Positions 28,930 through 38,625 of a stretch of DNA of 64,000 nucleotides are shown one piece after another. Origin of the DNA: Limisphaerales bacterium (GTDB lineage: Bacteria; Verrucomicrobiota; Verrucomicrobiia; Limisphaerales; AAA164-E04); NCBI GenBank assembly GCA_965204945.1, contig OZ242022.1, forward strand, positions 4,245,591 through 4,309,590, written 5' to 3'. Made by a program: the position numbers and the translations under genes. How positions within the stretch are numbered: the first letter of the stretch is position 1; each line of letters opens with the position of its first letter. The notes beneath the pieces were generated by a model. The model did no database searches and was not told the DNA's origin. It saw nothing but the letters and a program-made list of their open reading frames with translations.

Positions 28930-29604
28930 ATGAAACCTCCCCAAGAAAACCAAGCGCCGATTCAACGTCTCCTCCAAGTCATGGCCTCTCTTCGCTCGCC
29001 GGAAGGTTGCCCTTGGGATCGCGAACAAAACCACATGAGCCTGCGCTTTTGCGCCGTCGAGGAAGTCTACGAACTTATAGACGCAATTGAGGCCGGCAAC
29101 GAGGAAGAGATGATCGAGGAACTCGGCGACTTGCTTCTGCAAGTGATCTTTCACTGCCAACTGGGGCAAGAACGCAATGCTTTTGATTTCGATCAAGTCT
29201 GCCGGAGGCTCGTCGACAAACTCATCCATCGCCATCCCCACGTCTTCGGCCAAAGCAAAGCCAAAACCATCGACGCCGTCTGGACGCAGTGGGAACAACT
29301 CAAAAAAGCGGAAAAACAAGGCGGCCCAAGCGAACGCGCTTCCGCATTGGACGGCATTCCCCGCCATTTTCCCGCCTTGCTATACGCCGAAAAACTCGTC
29401 CACAAAGCCCGCAAAAGCGGTCTGATTCCTTCTTTCGAAGACGCGGACGGCGCTTCCGAAGATGCCTCGACGTTGGGAGAACAACTCTTCCACATCGTCC
29501 AAACCGCACAACAACAAGGCCTCTCCGCCGAATCCCTCCTTCGCAAAACCATTCAACAAAAAGAAAAACTTTGGCGAGCCAACGAAGGCAAAACAACCCC
29601 CTAA
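28930..29604 (+). CDS. mazG: Nucleoside triphosphate pyrophosphohydrolase MazG
   Basis: LLQVMASLRSPEGCPWDREQNHMSL...EEVYELIDAIE...EELGDLLLQVIFH. Confidence 0.85.
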   Translation: MKPPQENQAPIQRLLQVMASLRSPEGCPWDREQNHMSLRFCAVEEVYELIDAIEAGNEEEMIEELGDLLLQVIFHCQLGQERNAFDFDQVCRRLVDKLIHRHPHVFGQSKAKTIDAVWTQWEQLKKAEKQGGPSERASALDGIPRHFPALLYAEKLVHKARKSGLIPSFEDADGASEDASTLGEQLFHIVQTAQQQGLSAESLLRKTIQQKEKLWRANEGKTTP

Positions 29605-29806
29605 AGAAAACCCCAGAAAACAACAAGCCTCATGCTGAGACAATATCCCGCCCGGCGCTTGCAACGCAATAGAGAACAAAGAAAGACCTTCGCGTTTACC
29701 CATTTGCCCGCAGGCCAATTCAAGGAACAAACTTGCCAACCTAGAAAGAGCGCCGGGAATTTTCCGAGCTTGATTGCAACGCTCCATATCGGGCAAAGTT
29801 CTTCTT

Positions 29807-30544
29807 ATGGCGGAATACGATTCCATCGCCGAAGCATATCGGGACTCCAAACGGCTACCGTTTCGAGAATGCATTGAAAGGCACACACTCTTCAAAACAC
29901 TGGGCAACATTCAAGGAAAGACGGCGCTTGACTTGGCTTGCGGAGACGGATTCTACACGCGCCTAATCCGCCAAGCCGGCGCAACGGAGGCAACGGGCGT
30001 CGATATTTCTCCGGAGATGATTCGGCTGGCGGAACAAGAAGAGAAACGACAACCGCTGGGCTGCCGCTATGTATGCCAAGACGTCGCCAAAATGAAACCC
30101 TCCACTCCCGTCGACGTCGTAGTGGCCATGTATCTTCTAAACTACGCCGACACTGCGGAACGTCTCCGCCACTTTTGCCAAGTTTGCTATAACGCGTTAC
30201 GACCCTCAGGCAGGTTCGTCGGCGTCAATGACAACGTTCTCAATCCTCCCAAAGGAACTTTGCTCTGGAAAAAGTACGGATTTGAAAAGACTTGCCCCCA
30301 CCCCGCCAAAGAAGGAGACGTTATTTTATACACCATAACCAACCAGGATGGCCGCTCCTTCCAGTTCCAAAACTACTATCTCAAACCGGAGACTTACCAA
30401 AACGCCTTTTGCGCCGCCGGGTTTCAACACTTTCGCTGGGTTCCTCTCTCCCTGCATCCTTCCCAACAAAACAATCCTTTCTGGGGAGACTTCATAGCCA
30501 GCCCGCCCATCATCGGCTTGGAAGCGCAGAAATCAATCGCTTGA
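29807..30544 (+). CDS. Class I SAM-dependent methyltransferase
   Basis: ALDLACGDGFYTRL (motif I) and the overall size. Confidence 0.7.
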   Translation: MAEYDSIAEAYRDSKRLPFRECIERHTLFKTLGNIQGKTALDLACGDGFYTRLIRQAGATEATGVDISPEMIRLAEQEEKRQPLGCRYVCQDVAKMKPSTPVDVVVAMYLLNYADTAERLRHFCQVCYNALRPSGRFVGVNDNVLNPPKGTLLWKKYGFEKTCPHPAKEGDVILYTITNQDGRSFQFQNYYLKPETYQNAFCAAGFQHFRWVPLSLHPSQQNNPFWGDFIASPPIIGLEAQKSIA

Positions 30545-30584
30545 CCAAACCGCCCTAAATAGAAACTTCTAAACCCCATATCGT

Positions 30585-33121
30585 ATGAACGAAGCCTCTG
30601 CCCGAATCAAAATCAACCACCTTTTAGAAAAAGCCGGCTGGCGCTTCTTTCCTGAAAAAGGCCAGCCCGCCAACATCCAACTAGAATCTAGCGTCAATAT
30701 TACAAAGCAAGACCCCGACAACATGGGAAACAACTTCGAAAAATACAAAAAAGGATACGTCGACTTCCTGCTCCTCAAGGACAAAGGCTCCGCGCTCATC
30801 GTGCTAGAAGCCAAGTCTGAAGACAAAGATCCATTGGTCGGGAAAGAGCAAGCCCGCCAATACGCTCGCTCTCTAAACTGCCGGTTCATTCTTCTCTCCA
30901 ACGGCAACCTCCACTATTTTGGGATCTCCAACGCGGCAATCCCTACCAAATCACTTCCTTCCCAACACCCCACTCTGTCGCCGAATATTCAAAAGCCGAT
31001 CCGCCTGATCCTCAACGCCTCGCCGACGAACCAATCGAAAAAGACTACATCGCCCTTACCCAAAAAGCCGACTACGACCTACAAGCCGCATGGAAAAACA
31101 AAAACGAACGTCCCGACTTCATCCAATCCCAAGGCCTGCGCTTCCTCCGCCCCTACCAACTCCGCGCCGTCCACGCCCTGCAGCGAGCTGCGCGCAACGG
31201 CCAAGACCGCTTCCTCTTTGAAATGGCCACCGGCACCGGCAAAACCCTTGTCTCCGCCGCTGTTGTCAAACTCTTCCTCCGCACCAACAACGCCCGCCGC
31301 ATCCTCTTCCTCGTAGACCGACTAGAACTAGAAGAACAAGCGCGAAAAGTTTTCGACGCACTCCTTTCCAACGACTTTACATCAGTTGTCTACAAAGAAC
31401 GTCGCGACGACTGGAGGCGCGCCGAGATTGTCGTCAGCACCGTCCAATCCCTCCTCTTCGACAACAAATTCCAACGGCTCTTCTCCCCTACGGACTTTGA
31501 CCTAGTCATCTCCGACGAAGCGCACCGCTCCATCGGCGGCAATGCGCGAGCCGTCTTCAACTACTTTGTCGGCTACAAACTCGGCCTTACTGCCACCCCG
31601 CGCGACTATCTAAAAGGCTTCGACAACACCAACACTCCAACACATGACCCCCGACAAACCGAGCGCCGCCTCTTGCTGGACACCTACCGCACCTTCGGAT
31701 GTGAAAGCGGACAACCCACCTTCCGCTACTCCCTAATAGACGGCGCAGAAGACAAAGTTTTAATCAACCCCAATGTAGTAGGCGTCCGCACCGATGTCAC
31801 CACACAACTCCTCTCCGAACAAGGCTTCTCCGTATCATTCACCGACGAAGAGTCAGGCGACAAACAGGAAACGGCATACGCGCGCCGCGACTTCGAAAAG
31901 CGCTTTTTCTCCGCCGCCACCAACGCCCTCTTCTGCAAAACCTTCCTTCAATACGCCCTGCGCGATCCCATCAGCGGCGAAATCGGCAAGTCTATCATCT
32001 TCGCCGTCAGCCAACATCACGCCGCCCGATTAACCCAAACCCTCAACGAAATGTCCGACCGCATGTTTCCCAACAAATACCAATCCGACTTTGCCGTGCA
32101 AGTCACTTCCCAAATAGACAAAGCGCAACAATTTGCCGTCCAATTCGCCAACAACAAACTCCTCGGTTCAGGCAACTTCAACCCCCAATATCACACCTCC
32201 AAAGCCCGCGTCTGCGTCACCGTCGGCATGATGACCACCGGCTACGACTGCCCGGACATCCTCAACATCGGCTTGTTCCGCCCCATCTTTTCCCCTACCG
32301 ACTTCATCCAAATCAAAGGCCGCGGCACACGACCCCATAACTTCCTCAACGACCTAACTGACAATAATCTAAAAGACAATATCGCCGAGCCGGAAAAGAA
32401 AACCTTCCAGCTATTCGACTTCTTCGCCAACTACGAATACTTTGAAACACAATACAACTACGACGAAATCATCCCACTCCCCCAATCCAGCGCCGGCAAA
32501 ATCCAACACGGCGACGACAGCCCAACCGTCTATCCAGACGCCTATCAATACACCGGCGCCGACCACATGGACTCTATACAAGAAGAACAAATCGGACCCA
32601 AAGGCATGAAAATTGACCGCATGTTCTTTGACCGATTCGCCGACACCGTCCGCCAAGACGAAACCATCGCATCCGCCGTCGAATCCGGCCAGTGGGACAA
32701 TGTTATTGACTACATAAAGCGCGAAGTCTTCAACAAACCCGAAGAATACTATACCCTCGACAAATTGCGCAGAGCCGCCGCAGTGGATCGCCGCCTAACC
32801 TTGCGCGAAATCCTAGAAAAAATCTTCAACCTCATCCCGCGTTTCAAATCTAAGAACGAACTGCTGGAAGAAGAATTCAGCAAATTCATCGCTGACCACA
32901 AACCCGCCGAATCCGAAACCATTCCCGCTATCAAAACTTACTTCAAAGCCTACCTCACCAGCGGAAGAACGCGGGACATCATCGACGGGCGACGCTTCCC
33001 AGAGTTGTCCACCAACCCCGACTTTTCTATCCATGACTACCAAGCCGCTCCCCAAAAATACCGCGCCCTCGTCCCCGAATACATCAAAGACTACGTCTCC
33101 CTGAATCAATTCGCTGCGTAA
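30585..33121 (+). pseudogene. hsdR: Type I restriction enzyme R subunit (EcoEI-like HsdR), frameshifted at a T4 run
   Basis: Frame 0 encodes the nuclease part DFLLLKDKGSALIVLEAKSE...ILLSNGNLHYF. The protein continues in another frame as WDLQRGNPYQITSFPTP...LRPYQLRAV...EMATGTGKTLV...VISDEAHRS...LGLTATP. The junction is at TTTT 30917..30920. Confidence 0.8.
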
Positions 33122-33178
33122 AATCAATAAACTTGCTTGACAAACCGCCGGCCAATCATTAGCCTCCTTTTCTTGCCT

Positions 33179-35572
33179 ATGTTAGACAGCGACACCAAAC
33201 GGCGCATTGACGCCGCCCGCGACCTGCTCGTCGGCAAAGTCCCCGACCCCAAAAGCCAAGTCGAACAAATCACCATCGCCCTCATCTACAAGTTCATGGA
33301 CGACATCGACGCCCAGAGCGAAGAATGGGGAGGAGCCCGATCCTTCTTCGCAGGCGACTTCGCCCGCTACGGCTGGACAAAACTATTGAGCGGCGGCCTT
33401 GGCGGTCACCAAATGCTTGCCTTATACGCGGAATCCTTGGCGAAAATGCCCGAGAACCCCGGCATCCCGCCGCTCTTCCGCAACATTTTCAACAACGCCT
33501 ATTTGCCGTATCGAGACCCCGAAACTCTGCGCGCCTTCCTCAAAATCATTGACGAGTTCCAATACGATCATAGCGAACGCTTAGGCGACGCCTTTGAATA
33601 CTTGCTAGCCATCCTCGGCGCCCAAGGCGACGCCGGCCAGTTCCGCACGCCCCGCCATATCATCGACTTCATCGTCAACCTCCTCAACCCGCAAAAACAC
33701 GAAACCATATTAGACCCCGCCTGTGGCACCGCCGGCTTCCTCATCTCCTCCTACAAACACATTCGCAAGACCAATACCGACGACAAGGGCGACAGCACGC
33801 TCACGCCCGACGACAAGGGCCGACTTGCCGCCAACTTCAAAAGCTATGACATCTCGCCCGATATGGTGCGCCTATCGTTAGTGAACATGTATCTGCACGG
33901 TTTTGTGGCGCCGCAAATCTATGAATACGACACCTTGACCAGCGAACAACGCTGGCGCGAACGCGCTGATGTCATCTTAGCCAACCCGCCCTTTATGTCG
34001 CCCAAAGGAGGCATTCGGCCGCACAGCCGCTTCTCCATACGATCCAAACGCAGCGAAGTATTGTTTGTGGACTACATTGCCGAGCATCTGACGGCCAACG
34101 GCCGGGCGGGAATCATCGTGCCGGAAGGAATCATCTTCCAAAGCCAGTCCGCCTACAAACAACTGCGAAAGTTGTTAGTGGAAAAACACTTGGCGGCCGT
34201 CATTTCCTTGCCGGCGGGCGTCTTTCAACCCTATTCCGGCGTCAAGACTTCCATCTTGATATTAGACGGCGCATTGGCACGGCGGCGGGAAAGCGTTGCC
34301 TTTTTCAAAGTGGAAAGCGACGGCTACGACTTAGGGGCGCAACGCCGTCCGATAGAACAGAACAACTTACCGCAAATAATCCAAGCCGTGAAAGAATGGC
34401 AAGCTGTAAACATAGAAGAACTAGAAAAAGAAACAAAGTTCTCTTCCTTTATCCTGTCTAAACTCCTTCGGCAAGGCATGGCTTTGATTGTAAAGAAAAG
34501 CGCCATCGCCGCCACCGGCGACTATAACCTGAGCCAAGAACGCTACAAACAAACCACCCGCGCCCAATCCAAATACCCAATGGCAAAGTTAGGCGAAGTT
34601 TGCGAGATTCGAAAAGGAAAAGCAATTACACGCAAAGAAGTTGTCAAAGGCTCCATTCCTGTCATCGCTGGCGGACAAAGTCCCTCCACTTATCACAATG
34701 TGGCGAACCGCACGGGAGAAACGATTACTGTTAGCGCATCGGGATATGCTGGTTATGTCAATTACTTCAATGAACCAATATTTGCCTCTGATTGTTTGAC
34801 AATCAAACCAAAAGATGAACGGGTTCTAAGTGCTTTTGTCTTTCGGGTTATGAAGTTCAAGCAAGCGGACATTTACAAACTTCAAGTTGGTGCAGGACAA
34901 CGACATGTTTATGCTAAAGATTTGGCTTTATTGGAAATCCCCTTGCCACCTATTGAAGTCCAGCGAGAGCTTGTCCACGAAATAGAAAACCACCAGCGCA
35001 TAATAGATGCCGCCAGCCAAATCGTAAAAAATTATTCTCCCCGCATCCCCATTAATCCATCATGGCCCCTTATAGAGATAGGTAAAGTTATTAAAACTGT
35101 AACCCCGCCGGCCAGAATTCAAGCTAGAGATTTCAGCGATGACGGAAAGTATCCAGTTATAGACCAATCTCAAAACCCTGTTGCTGGTTGGACGGACGAT
35201 AATAAATACTTGATTGACAGTTCTAGCGGCATGGTGATTTTTGGAGACCACACATGCGCCGTCAAATTTATAGATGGTAAATTTGCCCAAGGCGCAGATG
35301 GAATTAAAATCATTACAGTCAACGAGCAATTAAAGCCGAAGTTTTTCTATTTTTACCTCTTAAGCTCCCCAATCATTCCAGACGGTTACAAGCGACACTT
35401 CAGGAAATTAAAGGAAACGCCCATAGCCATTCCGCCGCTAAAAGAGCAAAAAGCCATCATCACCGAAATCGAAGCCGAGCAATCCCTAGTCAACGCCAAC
35501 CGTGAATTAGCGAACCGAATGGAAAAGAAGATTCAACTTGCCATCGCCCGAGTGTGGGCGCAGGATGTTTGA
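33179..35572 (+). CDS. hsdM: Fused type I methyltransferase-specificity polypeptide (HsdM + two-TRD HsdS), ~798 aa
   Basis: LDPACGTAGFLISS (motif I) and ILANPPFMSPKGG (motif IV). Two S-type TRDs follow: KLGEVCEIRKGKAIT...LPPIEVQRELV and WPLIEIGKVIKTV...IPPLKEQKAIITEIE. Confidence 0.8.
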   Translation: MLDSDTKRRIDAARDLLVGKVPDPKSQVEQITIALIYKFMDDIDAQSEEWGGARSFFAGDFARYGWTKLLSGGLGGHQMLALYAESLAKMPENPGIPPLFRNIFNNAYLPYRDPETLRAFLKIIDEFQYDHSERLGDAFEYLLAILGAQGDAGQFRTPRHIIDFIVNLLNPQKHETILDPACGTAGFLISSYKHIRKTNTDDKGDSTLTPDDKGRLAANFKSYDISPDMVRLSLVNMYLHGFVAPQIYEYDTLTSEQRWRERADVILANPPFMSPKGGIRPHSRFSIRSKRSEVLFVDYIAEHLTANGRAGIIVPEGIIFQSQSAYKQLRKLLVEKHLAAVISLPAGVFQPYSGVKTSILILDGALARRRESVAFFKVESDGYDLGAQRRPIEQNNLPQIIQAVKEWQAVNIEELEKETKFSSFILSKLLRQGMALIVKKSAIAATGDYNLSQERYKQTTRAQSKYPMAKLGEVCEIRKGKAITRKEVVKGSIPVIAGGQSPSTYHNVANRTGETITVSASGYAGYVNYFNEPIFASDCLTIKPKDERVLSAFVFRVMKFKQADIYKLQVGAGQRHVYAKDLALLEIPLPPIEVQRELVHEIENHQRIIDAASQIVKNYSPRIPINPSWPLIEIGKVIKTVTPPARIQARDFSDDGKYPVIDQSQNPVAGWTDDNKYLIDSSSGMVIFGDHTCAVKFIDGKFAQGADGIKIITVNEQLKPKFFYFYLLSSPIIPDGYKRHFRKLKETPIAIPPLKEQKAIITEIEAEQSLVNANRELANRMEKKIQLAIARVWAQDV

Positions 35573-35650
35573 GATTTGCGGCGGCGCGTTTATGTCGCTG
35601 ACAATTTAAAAGGTTTTTATGAAATTGAGAGTGGATTGGGAGGAACGGTT

Positions 35651-36691
35651 ATGCTAACGCAGCTAAAAATACGGAATTATCGGGGTTTTCAGGATTTAAC
35701 TATGGATTCTTTGAAGTCCATTAATCTCATTGCCGGCAAAAACAACACTGGCAAAACCAATTTTCTGGAAGCGGTTTTTCTTCTGTCCGGCGGTGGAGAT
35801 CCTCAATTTGCACTCAACACCAACGTGCTTCGTGGTTTGGAAGTAGGCAAGAAATCGAGAGTGGTGATCGAGCCTTTCTGGAAGCGACTCTTCTTTGACT
35901 CGAATATGGAAGAACCCATTGTGATTGAAGGAAGTCATGCGTCACATGGACAATTGATTTTGGAAATTGGGCCGGAGAGACAATCCACTATCCAAATTCC
36001 TTTGGATATCGCTAAAAGATCTATGGCGACGAACCAAATGAACGTCCCTTCGCTTGGCTTTCAGTTCAACGGTACTAAAAGCCTCCTAACAGTAAAGGGA
36101 GGCGATGTGGAGATAAATCATACCCCTATATCGACCCCATTTGTTGCGGCCATTCTTTTGTCAGGCAACAAAAATAATTTGGAAGCACCGCGCAGATTGG
36201 GAGAGTTGCAACAGAAAAAACAAGTAGACGTCGTTTTGAAAGCGCTCCAGATTATTGAGCCGAAATTGAAGAGCATTGAGGAAAATTCCTCCAGCGGTGA
36301 GTCTACGATTTGGGTCGATATTGGATTATCCGAACTGTTGCCTCTGGCGGATATGGGCGAAGGGATAAACAGAGTTGCCCGGATTGTTTTGATCATAGCT
36401 TCCATACCCAAGGACAGCGTTGTTCTAATAGATGAAATTGAGAACGGGTTGCACCACTCGTTTTTGCCTGATGTTTGGCGGTATATCGATAAAGTGGCGC
36501 AGAAGTTCGACACTCAGATCATTGCGACGACGCATAGCCGTGAATGCGTAAGGGCAACACAGCGCGCTCCACTGGATCCCGAGAGATTTCGTTACCATCG
36601 CCTTGAAGTCAGTGAGGAGGGAAATCATTCGGTGACTTATGATCCGGAATTACTTGAAGCTGCGTTTGAACATAATTTTGAGATTCGATGA
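35651..36691 (+). CDS. ABC/SMC-like ATPase (AAA_15/AAA_21 class), 346 aa
   Basis: Walker A IAGKNNTGKTNFLEA, Walker B VVLIDEIENGLH, and ATTHS. GGAGGA lies 8 nt upstream of the ATG. Confidence 0.8.
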   Translation: MLTQLKIRNYRGFQDLTMDSLKSINLIAGKNNTGKTNFLEAVFLLSGGGDPQFALNTNVLRGLEVGKKSRVVIEPFWKRLFFDSNMEEPIVIEGSHASHGQLILEIGPERQSTIQIPLDIAKRSMATNQMNVPSLGFQFNGTKSLLTVKGGDVEINHTPISTPFVAAILLSGNKNNLEAPRRLGELQQKKQVDVVLKALQIIEPKLKSIEENSSSGESTIWVDIGLSELLPLADMGEGINRVARIVLIIASIPKDSVVLIDEIENGLHHSFLPDVWRYIDKVAQKFDTQIIATTHSRECVRATQRAPLDPERFRYHRLEVSEEGNHSVTYDPELLEAAFEHNFEIR

Positions 36692-37428
36692 GTATGTCAA
36701 ACGAAACAGAAGAAATACGAATCAAACCGGTTCAGCTTTTGGTTGAGGGCAACGACGAACGCAATTTCTTTGAGGCGTTCATCGATCATCTTTCAATCAA
36801 TGTTCAGGTGCAGAGCTTTGACAGGAAAAACTTTTGTTCAAAATGCGGTCAATCAATTCCCGACATTCAGATTCAAAACTTCAAAAGTAAAGACAAATTG
36901 CGCAAATTTCTGCCTATGTTTGTAGTAGCACCGGGCTTTCGTGATAAAGTGCAAAGCATTGGGATTGTGCGGGACGCGGATTGTTCTGCTAGATCGGCGT
37001 TTCAAAGCGTGCAAGATGCGTTGAGAAATGCAAACGCCAAACTATTAGAAGATGATAAACTGCCTGTGCCAGATTGTCCTGAGAAGCGCGAGGTGAAGGA
37101 CAAGTTGGCGGTGGAGGTGCTGATTTTGCCCGGCGGAGATCGCACAAAAGGCATGTTGGAAACGTTGCTTTGCCAAACTTTTGCCGGCACGAAAATAGAT
37201 GGTTGCATTGATGAATTTTTCCAGTGCGTTGAGCCTTTGTTAAAAGAACCAATTAAGAAGCATCGAGAGGACAAGGCACGGGCCTTTGCTTATTTGACAA
37301 CTCGACCCAATCCGCATCATTCGGTGGGCGTGGCGGCGAAGAAGAAAGACTGGGATTTGGATTCTCCTGTTTTTGGAAGAGTACGCAGTTTTTTGGAAAG
37401 GATTGTGGTGTTGCCGAGGGTAAAATAG
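36688..37428 (+). CDS. Toprim-like (OLD / RloB / DUF3226 / DUF4435 class) putative nuclease, 246 aa
   Basis: LLVEGNDERNFF (Toprim Glu motif) and IGIVRDADCS (DxD motif). There is a 4-nt ATGA overlap with the ATPase gene. Confidence 0.6.
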   Translation: MSMSNETEEIRIKPVQLLVEGNDERNFFEAFIDHLSINVQVQSFDRKNFCSKCGQSIPDIQIQNFKSKDKLRKFLPMFVVAPGFRDKVQSIGIVRDADCSARSAFQSVQDALRNANAKLLEDDKLPVPDCPEKREVKDKLAVEVLILPGGDRTKGMLETLLCQTFAGTKIDGCIDEFFQCVEPLLKEPIKKHREDKARAFAYLTTRPNPHHSVGVAAKKKDWDLDSPVFGRVRSFLERIVVLPRVK

Positions 37429-37443
37429 TGAGAAAGGACGGCA

Positions 37444-38625
37444 ATGTTTCCGGATAGTTTTATGGGAAAAATCTGGCTTGGCATTTTGGCGGTTGCGGGG
37501 CTTTGGTTTGCCGTGCGGAGCGTGCGGCAGTCTGAGGAACCGGGGAAGCAACTTTTGCGTTTGGGCGCGAGCGCGGTTCTGCTTTTGTTGGGGATTTTCG
37601 GCGCCGCGTATTTTTTGGAAATCCAGCAGAAAGCGTCTGTTCTTGGCCGTGTTGCTTCTCGAATTGCGGCTTTTGCAGCTCCTTTGTTGGTGGCGTCGTG
37701 CGGCGTTTTGCTGGGCGTTCTTTGGGCGCCTTCGATGGGTCGGCTGGTTGCGGCGCCGCTCACCAGTTTGTTTGACGGCGGCAAAGCGGGGACTTATCGG
37801 CAACCACTCTACGCTATCGCCGAAGCCCGCCGAAAGCGGGGAAGGTATGCCGAAGCGGCGGCGGAAGTTCGGAAACAATTGGAAGAATTTCCCGGAGACA
37901 TCAATGGAACGCTTTTGCTCATGGATTTGTGCGCGAAAGATCTCGGCCAAATGGAAGAAGCGCGGGCGGCTATGGAAGAGTATTTGCAAAACGGGCCGCA
38001 CCCGCCGAAAAATCTCTTCCGCGTTCTTGCCCATATGGCCGAAATTTACCTCGCGACAGACGGCGGTCGGGAAAAGGCCCAACAATGTCTCGAGCAAATT
38101 CAGGCTATGTGTCCCGGAACGGAACAGGAGATGATGGCCGCTCAAAGGCTGGCGCACATTGGCTCGGCGGAGTTTCTTGAAGCGAAGAAACAAGCAGTTC
38201 GCGTTCCGGTAAAAGAGTTTGACCGTCGGTTGGGGCTTCAAGGGAAAAAGCCGGTTTTCCAAAGAAACGAACAAACGCCGGAGGAATTGGCCGGCGAGTA
38301 TGTTCGTCAACTGCAAGCGCACCCGCTTGATTTAGAAGCCAGAGAAAACTTAGCGCGTCTTTATGCCAACCATTATCGGAGACTTGACATGGCAGTTGAG
38401 CAACTAGAAACGATGGTGAACTATAGAAATCAGCAAGCTCGTCAAGTTGTTCGCTGGCTCCACTTAATGGCTGATTGGCACATCCAACTTGGCGGCGATA
38501 TAGAAAAGGCCAAAGAATGCATGCAGCGAATTTCGGCGCGTTTTCCGAACACCGCCCACGACTCCCAAGCCCAAAAGCGCATCCACTACCTCCGCCGAGA
38601 ACTACGCAATCGACACCTATCCTGA
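37444..38625 (+). CDS. Membrane-anchored TPR-repeat protein (393 aa)
   Basis: Three or four N-terminal TM helices followed by TPR-like helical repeats (RGRYAEAAAEVRKQLEEFPGD...). Confidence 0.6.
   Translation: MFPDSFMGKIWLGILAVAGLWFAVRSVRQSEEPGKQLLRLGASAVLLLLGIFGAAYFLEIQQKASVLGRVASRIAAFAAPLLVASCGVLLGVLWAPSMGRLVAAPLTSLFDGGKAGTYRQPLYAIAEARRKRGRYAEAAAEVRKQLEEFPGDINGTLLLMDLCAKDLGQMEEARAAMEEYLQNGPHPPKNLFRVLAHMAEIYLATDGGREKAQQCLEQIQAMCPGTEQEMMAAQRLAHIGSAEFLEAKKQAVRVPVKEFDRRLGLQGKKPVFQRNEQTPEELAGEYVRQLQAHPLDLEARENLARLYANHYRRLDMAVEQLETMVNYRNQQARQVVRWLHLMADWHIQLGGDIEKAKECMQRISARFPNTAHDSQAQKRIHYLRRELRNRHLS

Noticed and set aside
30585-31316. 243-aa ORF taken at face value as a complete gene.
   Set aside because: Only its first ~111 codons look like protein (the HsdR nuclease domain). 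The remainder is an off-frame read-through of hsdR (Pro/Ser/Thr-rich) after the T4 frameshift.
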